Positions 11,537 to 25,724 of a stretch of DNA of 64,000 nucleotides are shown piece after piece. The position numbers and the translations under genes are program-made. Below the pieces are notes generated by a model. That model made no database searches. It had not been told where the DNA came from and saw only the letters and a list, made by a program, of their open reading frames with translations. The DNA is from Octopus vulgaris (Eukaryota), in assembly GCA_951406725.2 (NCBI GenBank), contig OX597817.1, forward strand, positions 25,916,001 through 25,980,000, in the 5' to 3' direction. Each line of letters opens with the position of its first letter. Within the stretch, counting starts at the first letter, position 1.

Positions 11537-13886
11537 TTCACTAATCCATTTCTTGATCACAAAGACTTGAGCAAACAAAGACATCAGAATGTATTGTGAA
11601 CTTTTTAACATTAAGTGGTGCAAGGTATCCTCATAATCCTGGTGCCACAATAAATTTCTCCCAGTACACTCTGTGAAGTGGTTAGCAAATAAGCAGAAAA
11701 ATCATGAGATCAATTAGACCCTTTACTCTTGTCAAGAACATGACAAACTCTGCAGCATTTGTGCCATGTTCAAATGCATCCAGTAGATTCTGAAACTGGT
11801 GGTAATAGTAAGAGCATCCAATCATTGAAACTGGACCAAAAAGAAACTGTAAGAGTAGAACATTGATCTTTGCTTCATCTAAGAGAGTAGTAACTCTAAT
11901 TAACAACTGAAAGAATGACTACCCATCCAAACTTACCATCTTGGTAAGGAGACACAAAATAATTATGATCATGATAATCTTAAAGTTTCATCTTAAACAA
12001 CTGGGAGTATTTACCTTCTCAGTTCATAGCCAACTTGCTGGACTTAACTTTGCTCCTCATAATTTTAGGTTCAATAAAATAAGTATCCAATGTATACTAG
12101 GTCTAGTTATTGATTATTATATGATTCAAAAAGTATTATTGTTGCATAGTCAGAAATAGTACTAAAGTAGACTAAATATCTAACAGTTATGATATTCTTC
12201 CACTTTACATTCTAAGTTCTAATATGCCATGCTTAATTATAGGACTCATTCCTCCAGGACCTATAAAATATGTAGCACATATAGTTTTTTTGGGGTTGAT
12301 TCAATCATCTTTAGCCATCCTCTATAGCAATGGTTCCCAAACTTTTTTCAGGCTGCTTCCCCTTGGTTCTAAGGTCACATTCCTAGTGCTGTGCCCCACC
12401 ACTCACCATCACAGACATAGACCATTTTCTGCAGCAAATTCAAAACAGCAGTATTTTACAAATAAAACTTGATCTAATTAACCCTTTATTTTGTGGGGCT
12501 CTTTTTACATTCATTGCCTCGTTTTGGTCACTCCATTATCGCCCCATTTTCCTTCAATGTCCCTTAGATCTTTCCACTGCTGCCAGTGGTGTGATACCAC
12601 CCACTTTGGGAACCACTGCTCTATAGCAATTATCATCATCACTATTGTTGTCACCATTAGAGCATTGGACAATATGCTTTACTGTGTTTATGTTGTTCAT
12701 GTCCTACCAGGATCAGCTTAGCCCTTCATGATTTTGAGGGTTTAAAAGTAAAACAACAGTCAAATGCTGAGGTAGATTTAATTAACCCCAGTAGTTTAGC
12801 TAATGTTTTCTGACCTTGTGTTGTGTTGCTGTCATTAGCATGTTACACAAATGTTCTACTGATATTCAGAGATCCCACCCAATATATCTAACAAAACTTA
12901 TACATTGAGGTGATGTGACTGGCTGGACTAAAAGTTTGCTAAACACAACCAAACAAAATGACCAAATGTTGAAGGTTCATATTCCATCATGACTACAGCA
13001 TTGTGTCATTGGCAAGAATGGACAGTTTCAAAAGAATTATTGAGAAGTAGATTCTTTAATTCCAGGGCAGACTTAAATGAATATATTTTCCACATGACCA
13101 CCACATCTGGTTTTCAGTACTACATTATCCAATGAGTCCTTTTTTCATGACATTGATTCCTTCTTTTTTTGCATGATATTGAAGTATGATTTTAGCGAGA
13201 GTGCTCTGCTATTTTTAGCAAGTCCAATGAAATCTCAGTGTCTCCTTTGCTGCTTAGAGAGGCTCCTTTGCTATCTCAGAGACTATTGGTCTTCAGCATA
13301 TAAGCAGTCACAGGAAGTAAGAGATGACATCTATTAACAAGGAATAACACTGTAAATCCTAAATGTTTTATAATACTGAGTTAAAATGTGCAGACCTAAC
13401 TCACCTTAGACACACAATATAAAGGGAAGCTGCTGCTGGTCTGTCAATGATTCAAACAGTTATGGAAATTACCATCACCGTCATCAGTGTCTTCATCAAT
13501 ACCATGGACATGCCATTCACTGCTCGCTAGTGTCTGTAATAAGGTATCTGTCAATTAAAAGAAATAATTTTTGTTTACCGTTTTATACTTTTTCACTAAT
13601 TAAAGCATATAATCACTTCAGCCATGTGAAATGGTTTGCTTAATTGGAATTTAAAACACTGTAATGATTATCTTAATTATGATATTTGATAATCTGATTT
13701 GTGAACACAGGATAACATTTGCCTAATTAGAATATATGTTGAGACTCGAGTGTATGTGTCAAGGCATTTGTGCATTAACATAACACACATGCATACCTCT
13801 CTGTGTGTGTGTGTGTGTATGTGCAAACATGTATGTATATGTATGTATGTATATATGTATATATATATATATATAAATATATACAT

Positions 13887-13927
<41 letters not shown>

Positions 13928-14100
13928 CATATGAGAATTACCGGTTTAGTAAATGTTTTTATCTTCATTTCACTTAATTTTTCAAGCTTCTGTATTCCTA
14001 GCACATATTTCGCCTTAATGTACTGATATATGAAAAATATATGGCTTGTGTTAGTAATACCAGCGATTATAATTATTTTTATTTTATCGCAATTTGATTT

Positions 14101-14145
<45 letters not shown>

Positions 14146-14181
14146 AAACAAGTATGTATATCTATAGATCTCTGTGTGTGA

Positions 14182-14217
<36 letters not shown>

Positions 14218-14436
14218 ATGCATGTATGTATGTAGGTAGGTATGTATGAGGTAGTTTTGACGAAGCATTATGTGGTATAACTTTAAAGAACGTTGTTGTG
14301 TAAAGTCGGAACAATGTGAGATGGTACAAAGTAAACTGCAAAAGGAAATGAAAACAAAACAAAGTTGCAGTTTTACCTTACATTTCTATCCTTTCGTACT
14401 CACCATTTCTTCCTTTCCTCCATTTCACTCTCCTCT

Positions 14437-14735
14437 TTCTTCTTCTTCTTCTTCTTCTTCTTCTTCTTCTTCTTCTTCTTCTTCTTCTTCTTCTTCTTCT
14501 TCTTCTTCTTCTTCTTCTTCTTCTTCTTCTTTTTCTTCTTCTTCTTTTTCTTTTTCTTCTTCTTCTTCTTTTTCTTCTTCTTCTTCTTCTTCTTCTTCTT
14601 CTTCTCCTTCTCCTCCTCCTCCTCCTCCTCCTCCTCCTCCTCCTTCTTCTTCTTCATCGTCATTGTTATTGTTGTCGTCATTGTTGTTGTTGTCGTCATC
14701 ATCATCATCATCATCATCATCCTCATCATCATCCT
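14437..14735. repeat. Compound (TTC)n-(TCC)n-(TTG)n-(TCA)n microsatellite abutting a decayed family C tail
   Basis: Direct reading; explains the poly-S/F/E/K pseudo-ORFs. Confidence 0.97.
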
Positions 14736-15324
14736 CACTTGCATCCATTTCAATGCTTGCATGGGTGACGTGGAATTTGTTGAGACAGGTTATTTTTTCA
14801 TAGTTGGAATGCCTTTCCTGCTGCCAGCACTCACTAAATTATTCCATAGATACAAGCAGAAATGTCCTATTTTCCCTTAGAAGATATGTATAACATTTTA
14901 CAAATACATGATAATGACTAAATTTCTTAGAATTACATACTTTCTACATGAATGGAAAGCATTAAAAAGATAATGTAGACATCCATTAATTTACTGATGG
15001 TATTAAGCTATACATTTCTAAAATTAATCTAATTTAATTTCTTAAGTTCCTGATTAAATATGGAGATTTCTAAGTGACACCTGTTTGTTGAGTTATTTAA
15101 TCTGAGAAGGTGTTTTAAGTGTAAAACAAAATCATTGTATCACAGTTGTATCAACTTTTGCCTTAAGCCCCTATAGTTTGAAAAAGAGACACAGGCTCAA
15201 TGTCTGAGTGATCAAGAAGCTGGGATTAGCTATTGCAATTACAGCATCAATTAACTCTTGTTGTTTTACACAATTAGTAGACTTAACTTTTTATTGCAAC
15301 ATTATTATTGTAACATTAAGAAAT

Positions 15325-15685
15325 GCCACTTAAATCACTTGAATCACTGAGCAGAAATAAAAGCCTATTTGAGCCACTTAATCACTTGAATCACTGAGCA
15401 GAAATAAAAGCCTATTTGAGCCACTTAATCACTTGAATCACTGAGCAGAAATAAAAGCCTATTTGAGCCACTTAATCACTTGAATCACTGAGCAGAAATA
15501 AAAGCCTATTTGAGCCACTTAATCACTTGAATCACTGAGCAGAAATAAAAGCTTATTTGAGCCACTTAATCACTTGAATCACTGAGCAGAAATAAAAGCC
15601 TATTTGAGCCACTTAATCACTTGAATCACTGAGCAGAACTGAAAGCCTATTTGAGCCAATGAGGCTTGCCTCATTGGCTCAAATA
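15325..15685. repeat. 47-bp minisatellite x7 terminating in an 18-bp perfect hairpin
   Basis: Unit GCCACTTAATCACTTGAATCACTGAGCAGAAATAAAAGCCTATTTGA starts at 15325, 15373, 15420, 15467, 15514, 15561 and 15608. Hairpin arms 15648-15665 and 15668-15685. Confidence 0.95.
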
Positions 15686-15802
15686 TGGCTACTCAAACTA
15701 CTACTAATTGGGACAAAATCGTTTACAAAAGAAATGGGTCAAAGGTCTTTCCCAGGGTCATCGGCTCATATAGCCTATTTCCCAGATTCTATGATATATA
15801 CA

Positions 15803-16110
15803 TATCATCATCATCATCATTTAACGTTCGTTTTCCATTCTAGCATCGGTTGGACGGTTTGACCAGGGTCTAGGAAGTCAGGAGGCTGCACCAGGCTCCA
15901 GTCTGATCTGGCAATGTTTTTACAGTGCAGTGGGTACTTTTTACATGCCACCGGCACAGGTACCAGGAGAGCTTGGCAATGGCCACGATCAGTTGGTGCT
16001 TTTTATGTGCCACTGGCACCGATGCCAGTCAAGGTGGTGCTGGCATCAGCCATGTTCGGATGGTGCTTTTTACGTGCCACCGGCACAGGTATCACAACTA
16101 CAATTTCCAT
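15803..16110 (-). mobile_element. SINE-like family C
   Basis: (CAT)n TTAACGTTCGTTTTCC tail and iterated GGTGCTTTTTACGTGCCACC motifs. Confidence 0.85.
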
Positions 16111-16164
16111 TTGATTATATATATATATTCCCCTCCTGGACAGCACACCAGTCTGTCATGGGGT

Positions 16165-16556
16165 TATTTGCTTTTACCAGTTGAGTGGATTGCAGCTAGG
16201 AACTGCAGCCATGTTAGGGCATTATCTTGAAGGATTTGGGCAAACAAACCTAACCCAGTAGTCATTTTAAGCCAGGCACTTATTCTCTTGGTCTCTCTTT
16301 TCCTCCTAAATTATGGGGACATAAACAAACCATCACTGGATTCAAGCAGTGGAAGGGTACAAGCACAAACCAAAAGATACACACACACACGACAGGCTTC
16401 CACATAATTTTCATCTACCAAATTCATTCGCAAGGCATTGGCTTACCAGAGGCTGTATCAGAAGGCACTTGCTGAAGTTGCCACACAGTGGGACTGAATC
16501 TGAAACAAAACGGTTACAAAGCAAGCATCTTCACTGAACAGCTATGTCTGCACCTA
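16165..16556 (-). mobile_element. Old, diverged SINE family A copy
   Basis: Collinear but diverged match to family A (CAGTGGGACTGAA, CATCTACCAAAT). Confidence 0.7.
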
Positions 16557-19500
16557 CTTCATATAATTTATCTCTAGAAATGTCTTTGACAAGTCTTGCA
16601 TAATGATAGTGAGCATTGAGTTTATATTCTATTTCCCATAATCCATGTAAGATTATGGGAACATTGCAAATAGTTGGAACACTAATTTTCTTTTTTTGTG
16701 TCTTTAATCTTAATATGTAGATGTATTTACAAAGTATATCGTTATAAAATGGCCATATCTTGATGGAAAAGTAATGACAGATGAATGAATATTTCATGCT
16801 AACTCATAACAAACAAGTGGCAGAAATATCTAGAATTGCCTCTTGAAAATTTTTTAAAGAGGATTCCAAGAACAGCATTCGAAATGTTTATTTATGATTC
16901 TGATGGCTGAATTCAATCAAGCATGATTTTAAAGCAATATTGGCCAACATCATGTTTCTTTTGTAAAGCACTGTAGTTGCAGCAATTAGATGCTGTTACA
17001 AACTATTGACGACAAGTTTTTTTTAGCAGCTTTAATTCTGTCTCTTATACAATGCTTCCACTACTTAAAGAAAAAAGAGAAGGAAAGAAAAAGAAATGAT
17101 CTGATTCTTCAACATATCTAAGTAAACCAAACAAGTGATGGTATACACCCAATCAATGCTTGGTCTGTAAGCAAGCAGCCTCATAACTGGTCTAGAAGCA
17201 TTTAGGTTTCAAATACCAACTTGTATATATTTATCATCTGCATTTTCTGTTGCAGCTTAAAAGAGCTTTTGCTTCTAATTATAAAAATTACATTATCTTA
17301 ATCCATGCAGCCAGTTTGTAATCCTGCTAATATATTATTTGTTTTATTTTCCTGTTGGATTACTCTTAATTATTTTATGAATTCTTGTTACCGTTGATTA
17401 CATGAAAGGTGATGAGTTAACAGCAATTGTAAAACACCAGATTAAAATGTCTTAACATTCTATGTTCTTGGTTCAAATCCTGCCAAGGTCAACTGAACTT
17501 TTAATTCCCTAGGGCTCAATGAAAAACAGAATATTCGAGGATTCATTGTATCAATTAAACACACTTTATCCCAAAAACATAAACCCTTTGGAAAAGAAAA
17601 TACAACAGTATGGATGTTATAGGTATAAGGTAGATAAATAATAACATTTCTTCTTTGATTATGCCTTTGTTTTTAGTCTATACAGAAAAACACAAATTCT
17701 CTTTCACTTTCCAACTTGCTATTCATATGAAATGAGTGCAATTTGTCCATTAAACTTCAAGAAGGAGTTGGCTCTTCTCACTGGATGCATGCCAGCATGA
17801 ACTCATTCAATATACCTGGTGTTGTGGCCAATGAAATGGAAGCCAAGTTAGATAGAAATAAGCTAATTAGTAATTCAGTAGGAAACAAAGAGACTAATGT
17901 GGACTATTTCTTTCAATATCCATGAACAAAAAATAAAAATAAAGACTGAAATTTGATTCCCTAAAATCCCATCTGTACAATTACTGAGAGTGAACCCAAA
18001 TTATAAAACCCATTGAGAACACAAATTATACTATAATGTCAGCAAAACAAGCAAAATAACTTGCATAGATATTAATTTGGTTTGAACATATTCAATTCAT
18101 TTAATAACCAGCGAATCATTGGTGACATACTAACACATGACATCAGAGTTATGACATGTTGATAATCTCATTGAATAAAACCATTCTCTCTGCTGCTTCT
18201 ACTAAGTATTATGCTACACAAGTTCACTCACTATCATCAATTTTGGAAATATGTTTCTTAATCTGGTTTGATAGTTCACACTTTATCTCACAATGTATCA
18301 TTAATCATTTAAGTTATACGAAAATTTCCTGATAAATTACTACCTCAAATTCTTTTGTAGATACTTCGACAAGTTACAGTGTCTCACAGGAATGGTTCTT
18401 TTGTCTGAATTCTGAAGTGCTAAATGAGCGGGAGACATTCACTTAAAACTTAAGACATCAGACATAAAGACATAATGGCTAAGATTCTTCTCAATAGTCT
18501 ACCTTTCCTCAATAGACTGAGGCTTATTTTCTATCAATATTTCTTTATATAGAACAAAAAAAACTGATCTCAGTAATTTTAACTAGTAAACCACATACAG
18601 ATTTTTAAATTGTTTAGCATCTTTTCTAACTGTTTAACAAATGAAGCAAAAAACATTTAGCTATTTTCCTCAGAGAACACTATAGCATCTCTAATGTGAT
18701 AAAAAATCACTCCAAAATGTCAAGATGTTATTATTTCTGTTTAACCTCGGGTCAGCCCTAAAGGAGCAGATCTAGGAATTAGTCTGAAATTTCGACTGAA
18801 TTCATCATATTTGAAAGATTGCTTTCATAACTACACTATCTAGAATTTCGATAGCTAGTGAGTCTTTTATGTTCAAAGACAGTAAGGTATGGCACGGGGG
18901 AGATTTTGATGCTATTTTTAGCAGTTCAAGTGAGAAGTTTCTTTGCAAGTATTCTAAGTAAACACCACCATCACCACCACTACCACCACCATCATCATCA
19001 TCCTCATCCTCAACCTTCTCCTCCTCATCATCATTCCCATTATCATCATTGCCATCATCATCATTATTGACACAATTGTCATTGTCATTATTTTAGCATC
19101 TACTTTTCCATGTTCAATAGATCTGGCAAAATTCAATGACGTAATGTTTTCTATGGCCAGATATCCTTAATAACGGCAACTTTTGACTTAATATTCACAA
19201 GTCTGTTGCCCTGTGGACCACTCAGTTTTTTCTGGAGTGGATTGCAAACAAGTGTCACAACCTGTGTGAACAGTGAGGCTTTCACTTACATTCAATGCAT
19301 ACATATGTGAAGACAAGAGAAAATGCAAACTCATATGTGTACATATGAATAATTCATGCTCACACCCCCCACACATAATTTCTGTCTACCAGTTTCACAC
19401 ACAAAGTATTTTTCAATACCCATAGTAGAGAAAGTGCATAACTTCTCTACAACTAGAGGAAGAAATACATTACAGTCAGTTGGTTTTGTAAACAAAAAAA

Positions 19501-19760
19501 ATAATTGTCTGTGCTGCAGGCAGGATAGGGTTATCCCGCTTACACATAGACTTCTGTCATGGTGATATTCGAAGGAGCTGCAGTGAGTCATTACAATGAA
19601 TGGAGAACTCCAAGTCTGTAGTAGGAAACGTTTTAGATGAGGGCATTGATTGAAAACTTATTTCCTGGAGTTTAAAAAGTTCTCTAGATCAAGTGAGTTT
19701 TCAGAATTCTTGCCCTCTCAACCAAGCAAAGCTTACATCATTATATATGTATTTATGTAT

Positions 19761-19791
<31 letters not shown>

Positions 19792-19924
19792 TGTGTGTAA
19801 ATACATTTTTTTCTTTTTTTCTTTTGGGCTATCCGAGCATGAATGCCTCAATAGGAAAGCAAACAACATTGTGCTGGCTTGGTACGCGATGATGTCTATC
19901 TTTATGTATATATATATATTTTTT

Positions 19925-19999
19925 CCCCTGACAAAGGAGGTATTATCTGGATGCACCCTAGTGCTTTAAACATAATACACCCCTGAAATGGCCATAGGG
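19925..19999 (+). ncRNA. Decayed type I hammerhead motif (G8 to A)
   Basis: CCC-CTGACAA-AGGAGGTATTAT-loop-ATAATACACCCCT-GAAA-TGGCC-ATA-GGG. Palindromic stem III ATGGCCAT. Most core changes are consistent with CpG decay of CTGACGA and GAAACGGCCGTA. Confidence 0.6.
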
Positions 20000-20877
20000 T
20001 TAAGTAAATATAGTTCTCTTTTTAACTATAAGGCTTCTTTAACTTGAATAATTATTTAATAAGATTGCTAAACGATGAACTTTTATTTTATTTACATGAT
20101 ATATATTATATATTTTTTATATGCTCCTATATGTATATATATATATTTTATATATTTTTATATACCTATATATTTTTATATATTACTTTATATTATATTT
20201 TTACTTTCTAGGTGTTGTAATGTTTTTTTTTTTAAAAAATGTATTTTTCTGAATTGCTAAAGTATTAACTCTAAACTGGGAGAAAAAAAGAAAAAAATTT
20301 TCTCGCACCATATTATTATTATATGCTTGTGCAGATGAATTATGTTCCATCTTGCGGGATGTTTATATGTATATTCTATGATTAAATGTTCGAATTATGA
20401 AATGATATGCGGATGACCTTGCATTTGTTTGTTCAATAACTTTAGTTTGATATATACATTTTCATCAAGGTTTCACATTTGCTTTAAATTAGCTACCATA
20501 AAGTATGCCAACTCTAATTCTATGGTGCTGTTCACCTGAATGGTTTGGGGACTGCACCTTGATTGTGAGTTATATTTTTTGGCTTGGTACCTATGGATGG
20601 ATGAACATTGTCACAAACAATAGTGGAGCTGTCATGTACTCTAAATATTTGATGGTTAATATAATTCTTTAAAGAGAGCTAGGGACTACTGGTATAAGTA
20701 TTGCAAGTGGGGTGGAATACACACACGTGCGTATGTTTGTGTGTGTAAGGGTGGAAGAGAGAGAGAGAGCGGAGACAGAGATATATAGAAACTGAGAGGA
20801 AAGAGAGAAGCAGAAAGTGATACATAAAGGGATGAACTGGTTTGATTCATAATTCATGTACTTATGTGTCAAACATC

Positions 20878-21302
20878 TATTCCTTTACTACCCACAAAGG
20901 GTTTGACCAGGGTCTGGGAAGCCAGGAGGTTGCACCAGGCTCCAGTCTTATCTGGCAGCGTTTCTACAGCTGGATGCCCTTCCTAATGCCAATCACTCCG
21001 TGAGTGTAGTGGGTGCTTTTTACATGCCACCGGCACAGGTGCCAGGAGAGGCTGGCAATGGCCATGATCGGTAGGTGCTTTTTACGTGCCACTGGCATGG
21101 AACCCAGTCATATAGGAGACAAACAAGGACAGACAGGTATTAAGTCGATTACATCGATCTCAGTGCATAACTGGTACTTGATTTATCGGCCCCGAAAGGA
21201 TGAAAGGCAAAGTCGACCTCGGCGGAATTTGAACTCAGAACAAAACGGCAGGCAAAATGCCGCTAAGCATTTCGCCCGGCGTGCTAACGCTTCTGCCAGC
21301 TC
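20878..21302 (-). mobile_element. SINE family B split by an inverted copy of a neighbouring family C element (20900-21113)
   Basis: B tail CTTTACTACCCACAAAGG, then the C fragment, then GGAGACAAACAAGGACAG through the B head. Confidence 0.85.
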
Positions 21303-22050
21303 ATACTAGCAAAATTTTTGATAATGAAAACTTCCATTTAATTTACTAAAGTCAAACTTAACTAAAAGAACTTGATTAGTTGCATGACCTATTTAAAGAA
21401 TGAACAAATGCCAAATATATTCATATTAATATCAATAAAGACAAAACTGAACAATTTTTATAGTTTTATTTTTATTTTTATTATATGTGGTTGCCATTGG
21501 GTAGTATTGATAAGAGCAAAGGAATTTCTCCAATAGATAAAAATATGAGGTAAGAAATCTGGTGCTTCATGACAGTGAAGCATGGACCTAGAACTGAAAA
21601 GAATTACTGTATAATAATAAAGTGTATAATTTATTAGCTTTGTGATGTTAATATATATAAGACTAATCTGAATATAAAAACAGGCTGGGAAATTGACTGG
21701 ATAACAAAAGCTTTGGCATTTATATAGAGAAGTGAATTATTAGAATAGACATATTTAAAATGATAGACCTTGTATTGGTTTTGATAAGTGCTCCACTTGT
21801 TGACATATCTTAGGAATTCATTTTGCAACCATGTGGTTTCAACTTCAGTTTAACAGCCGAGCAACATGAGTAAGTGTCTTCTACAATAGTTCCAGGAAAA
21901 TTGTTGCCAAGTGAGAGTATTTGGTAGAAACTGCATGAAAGCCCAATATATAAGATTTTATATATAAGTTTGTTTTTAAGTAAGTTTTGTGGTTAAGTGC
22001 AACTGTATGGATTTGGTAGATGGGAGCTGAAAGAAGCCTGGTGTGTGTGC

Positions 22051-22087
<37 letters not shown>

Positions 22088-22092
<5 letters not shown>

Positions 22093-22366
22093 CTGGATTC
22101 CATGCAGGTGGCACGTAAAAAGCACCTACCGATCATGGCCATTGCCAGCCTCTCCTGACACCTGTGCCGGTGGCATATAAAAAGCACCTACTACACTCAC
22201 GGAGTGGTTGGTGTTAGGAAGGGAATCCAGCTGTAGAAACACTGCCAGATAAGACTGGAGCCTGGTGCAGCCTCCTGGCTTCCCAGACCCTGGTCAAACC
22301 GTCCAACCCATGCCAGCATGGAAAACGGACGTTAAACGATGATGATAATGATGATGATGATGATGA
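22088..22366 (+). mobile_element. SINE-like family C
   Basis: Two iterated motifs, body, (GAT)n tail, lying between (TA)n tracts. Confidence 0.88.
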
Positions 22367-22696
22367 TATATATATATATATTAGTAAAAAGTAAAAGATT
22401 ACTCCTAAGTAATTACCAGTTTGCTCTCAGCTTGGTATTCAAAATATGTTATTCAACAGTTAACATAAATCCAATAAAGTTCTTATAAGAAATTATAGAA
22501 ATATTCTGTTGGATAATTATGGATATATTTTTTTAACCATATAAGGTTTCCTGGAGTATAAATATTGACAATATTAAGAATAAGGTAATGCTATTGGTAC
22601 TTTGGAGTAATCCTTATTTTTAATCCTCCTCATTCTCCTCCACCTCATTATCATTATCATCATCATCGTCGCCATCGTTATCATTCAATATTGCCA

Positions 22697-22734
<38 letters not shown>

Positions 22735-23297
22735 GAAGAAATAAGATGAAAAACACAGATTTATTTGTTTTAAAAATAAAAACCACATATATTAAAAATG
22801 AAAATAAAACTATATAAATTGTTGAATTTTGTCTTTATTGATATTGATATGAATATATTTGGCATTTGTTCATTCTTTAAATAGGTCATGCAACTAATCA
22901 AATTCTTTTAGCTAATGAATCATCAACCTGCACTAAATGAACCCCACTCCATACTATCACTTAACTATTTAATTAAAAAGAAAATAGATAACATCTGGAA
23001 CACAAATTTTCATAACAGAAAACTTGTGTTCTGGAATATGCTTAAAAATTCCAACAAATCAGAAATCTATGAACGTTGGATAAACACAACACTGATGATT
23101 CTCCAATGCAAATTCCAAATAAAAATAATACCAAATGAATCTGATGGACAGAGGATAGTTAGGGAAAAGCTAGCACTATTCCACTTTAAATCAGAAATTG
23201 AACCATTAAAATTAAGAGCTTCAAACAATGAGGAAAATTACCTAAACATCGACGAAGAGATGCTCAGAGAAATAAATAAACACACGAATGGACATTC

Positions 23298-23713
23298 GCT
23301 CTCTCTTTTACTCTTTTTACTCTTTTACTTGTTTCAGTCATTTGACTGCGGCCATGCTGGAGCACCGCCTTTAATCGAGCAACTTGACCCCAGGACTTAT
23401 TCTTTGTAAGCCCAGTACTTATTCTATCGGTCTCTTTTGCCAAACCGCTAAGTAACGGGGACATAAACACACCAGCATCGGTTGTCAAGCATTGCTAGGG
23501 GGACAAACATACATGCACACACACACATATACATATATATACATATATACGACAGGCTTCTTTCAGTTTCCGTCTACCAAATCCACTCACAAGGCATTGG
23601 TCGGGCCGAGGCTATAGTAGAAGACACTTGCCCAAGGTGCCATGCAGTGGGACTGAACCCGGAACCATGTGGTTGGTTAGCAAGCTACTTACCACACAGC
23701 CACTCCTGCACCT
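23298..23713 (-). mobile_element. SINE family A inserted in the PLE ORF
   Basis: Full-length copy; the PLE reading frame resumes afterwards (...NGHS|LENIINLWKEAC). Confidence 0.92.
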
Positions 23714-25687
23714 AGAAAATATCACTCACTAGAAAATATTATTAATCTTTGGAAAGAAGCATGTGCAACCGAAGAAAGAATCTCCTTCCAATGCTGAGAG
23801 AAAAGTGATAATTTCTTCCAAAGGTATGAATTAAATTTCAAAGAGGAATTCAGTTCAGATAATCCATTCTTTAAGAAAGAAACAAAGATTAGCCAACAGA
23901 AAATGAGCAACACACAAGCCACCCACAAGTATGACAGCATAATAGAGAACAATCCTATAAACCCTTATTATCATACATGCACCATAGGCAGAAATCATCA
24001 ACTACATTCTGGTGCCAAGCATGGCCATCCTATGACCCAGGGCTATTGGCCTGCCCCAAATGCAGGAGTGGCACAAGGTGATATGAGGAGTGGGGGTGCC
24101 ATGCACACCAGAGATTTTGGGTAGGATGGCAGTGCATTTGAAAACTTTGACCCATTTCCAGGAGTGACAAGGGCACCGGGCGCCACACACAAAGAACCTT
24201 CAGACACCCATACACACAAAACAATCAAAGACAACATCACCACTCACCCAAATCCAAACCCCTACTTTTATATGGACAGTTCATACCAACACAACAGCAA
24301 CCAGCATTTTCTAGCCCCAGACCAGGGGAAATGGGAGACAGGCTGGAACACACACAATGCCAACCAACGAACCCTCAGACACCCAAACACACAAAATAAT
24401 CCAAGAAAACAACATGACCATACACCCAACCCAGACCCCTACATTAGCATGGCCAGTTCATACCAACACAACCACAACCACCATTTTTTTTCTCCAGACC
24501 AGAGAAAACAAGACACAGGAAAAACTGAAGTTAATCAACCTGTGATATAAATCCCTATGCAAAGATCGATATCCTATATAAAGGGTTAAAATTCACCCCA
24601 ACGCCATGCAGAGCTAACCAAAATGAGGTCAAGGACAGTGTTTCCGAATTCTGCATGAAATTAAAGCTTACAGAAGCTCTTGCCAATTAAAGCAAAGATG
24701 ATTCACTAGTCAAAAACAAAACATTCCCCACACAGAAATAAATAAAAATCTTGACGAATTCTGCAACCACATCGAAAACTTCCCCTACCACACATTCCAC
24801 AAACAAAAAATCGTTTCAAACTTCAGAACCACCCAAAGGAAAAAAACTAATTGAACTACAAAACAAAACAATAAAGAAATAATAATCAAAGAAGTGGATA
24901 AAGGGAGTGCAGTAGAGGTGATGGACACATTTTACAACTAAAATATAGTAGTATCCATACTAAATAACGACAAACACTATGAAAAAAAATCAATGATTAC
25001 ACCCCCACCAAAAAATATTGAAAAACCACTTTACATTAATCCAAACCCACGGAAAAGACCTAACAAAAAAAAAAAGAAATAGACTAACAAGCTTTAAATG
25101 TAAGCCCAGCCTATTCTATGGTCTACTGAATATTCACAAAAACCAAACTATAAACGAAGTCATCAAAAGATCACCAAATGCATACATATATACATACATA
25201 CATACACGAGCACGAAATTAAATCCAACTTCACTTGCACCTCTGAAAACCTCATTTATGTTATCAGATGCTCGGGCTGCCTTAAAAACTACATAGTGTCG
25301 GCAGGAGTGTCGATCAGATGGAGATGTTTGGTCCACAGATGACAGATAATCTCCCCACAATATCGCCAGATTTATCTCAGTGAACACATTGGCAGATGTG
25401 CAGAACAGCTGCAACCACAATTCCTAATCTTCCCATTATATAAATTTGTTATTTGGAGCTCAACACAAGTACGACTAAATAACGAGGTCTCATTTATCAA
25501 AAAATATGAGCCAGAATTAAATATAAACCCATATTGAAAATTAAAGATTTACCCTAACTATTTAAAGAAACAAATTTAGACCACTTTAAAAATACAGATA
25601 TACATTCCCTTTACTGTAAAATACCTTGGTTATCAATTATCCCCCCTAGCAAACAAAATATCTAATTAAGAAATTCATCCAAATTCT

Positions 25688-25724
25688 CATAATTTGAAAA
25701 GCAATAATGAAACTGGTTATTATG
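25688..25724 (+). ncRNA. Minimal hammerhead-like motif, U3-A8 core variant, in the PLE 3' region
   Basis: CATAAT-TTGAAAA-GCAATAAT-GAAA-CTG-GTT-ATTATG. 6-bp stem I, vestigial stem II, stem III ACTGGT (ACCGGT with CpG decay); about 150 nt after the GIY-YIG stop. Confidence 0.5.

Noticed and set aside
12142-12163. TTGCATAGTCAG matches the start of miR-153
   Set aside because: Only 11 nt match and there is no precursor hairpin.
13990-14062. Minus-strand GCC..GGC-GAAA with stem I-like pairing; similar traces at 27195-27235, 22405-22450 and 52910-52945
   Set aside because: Core too degenerate or stem I missing; cannot be called HHRs without a family consensus.
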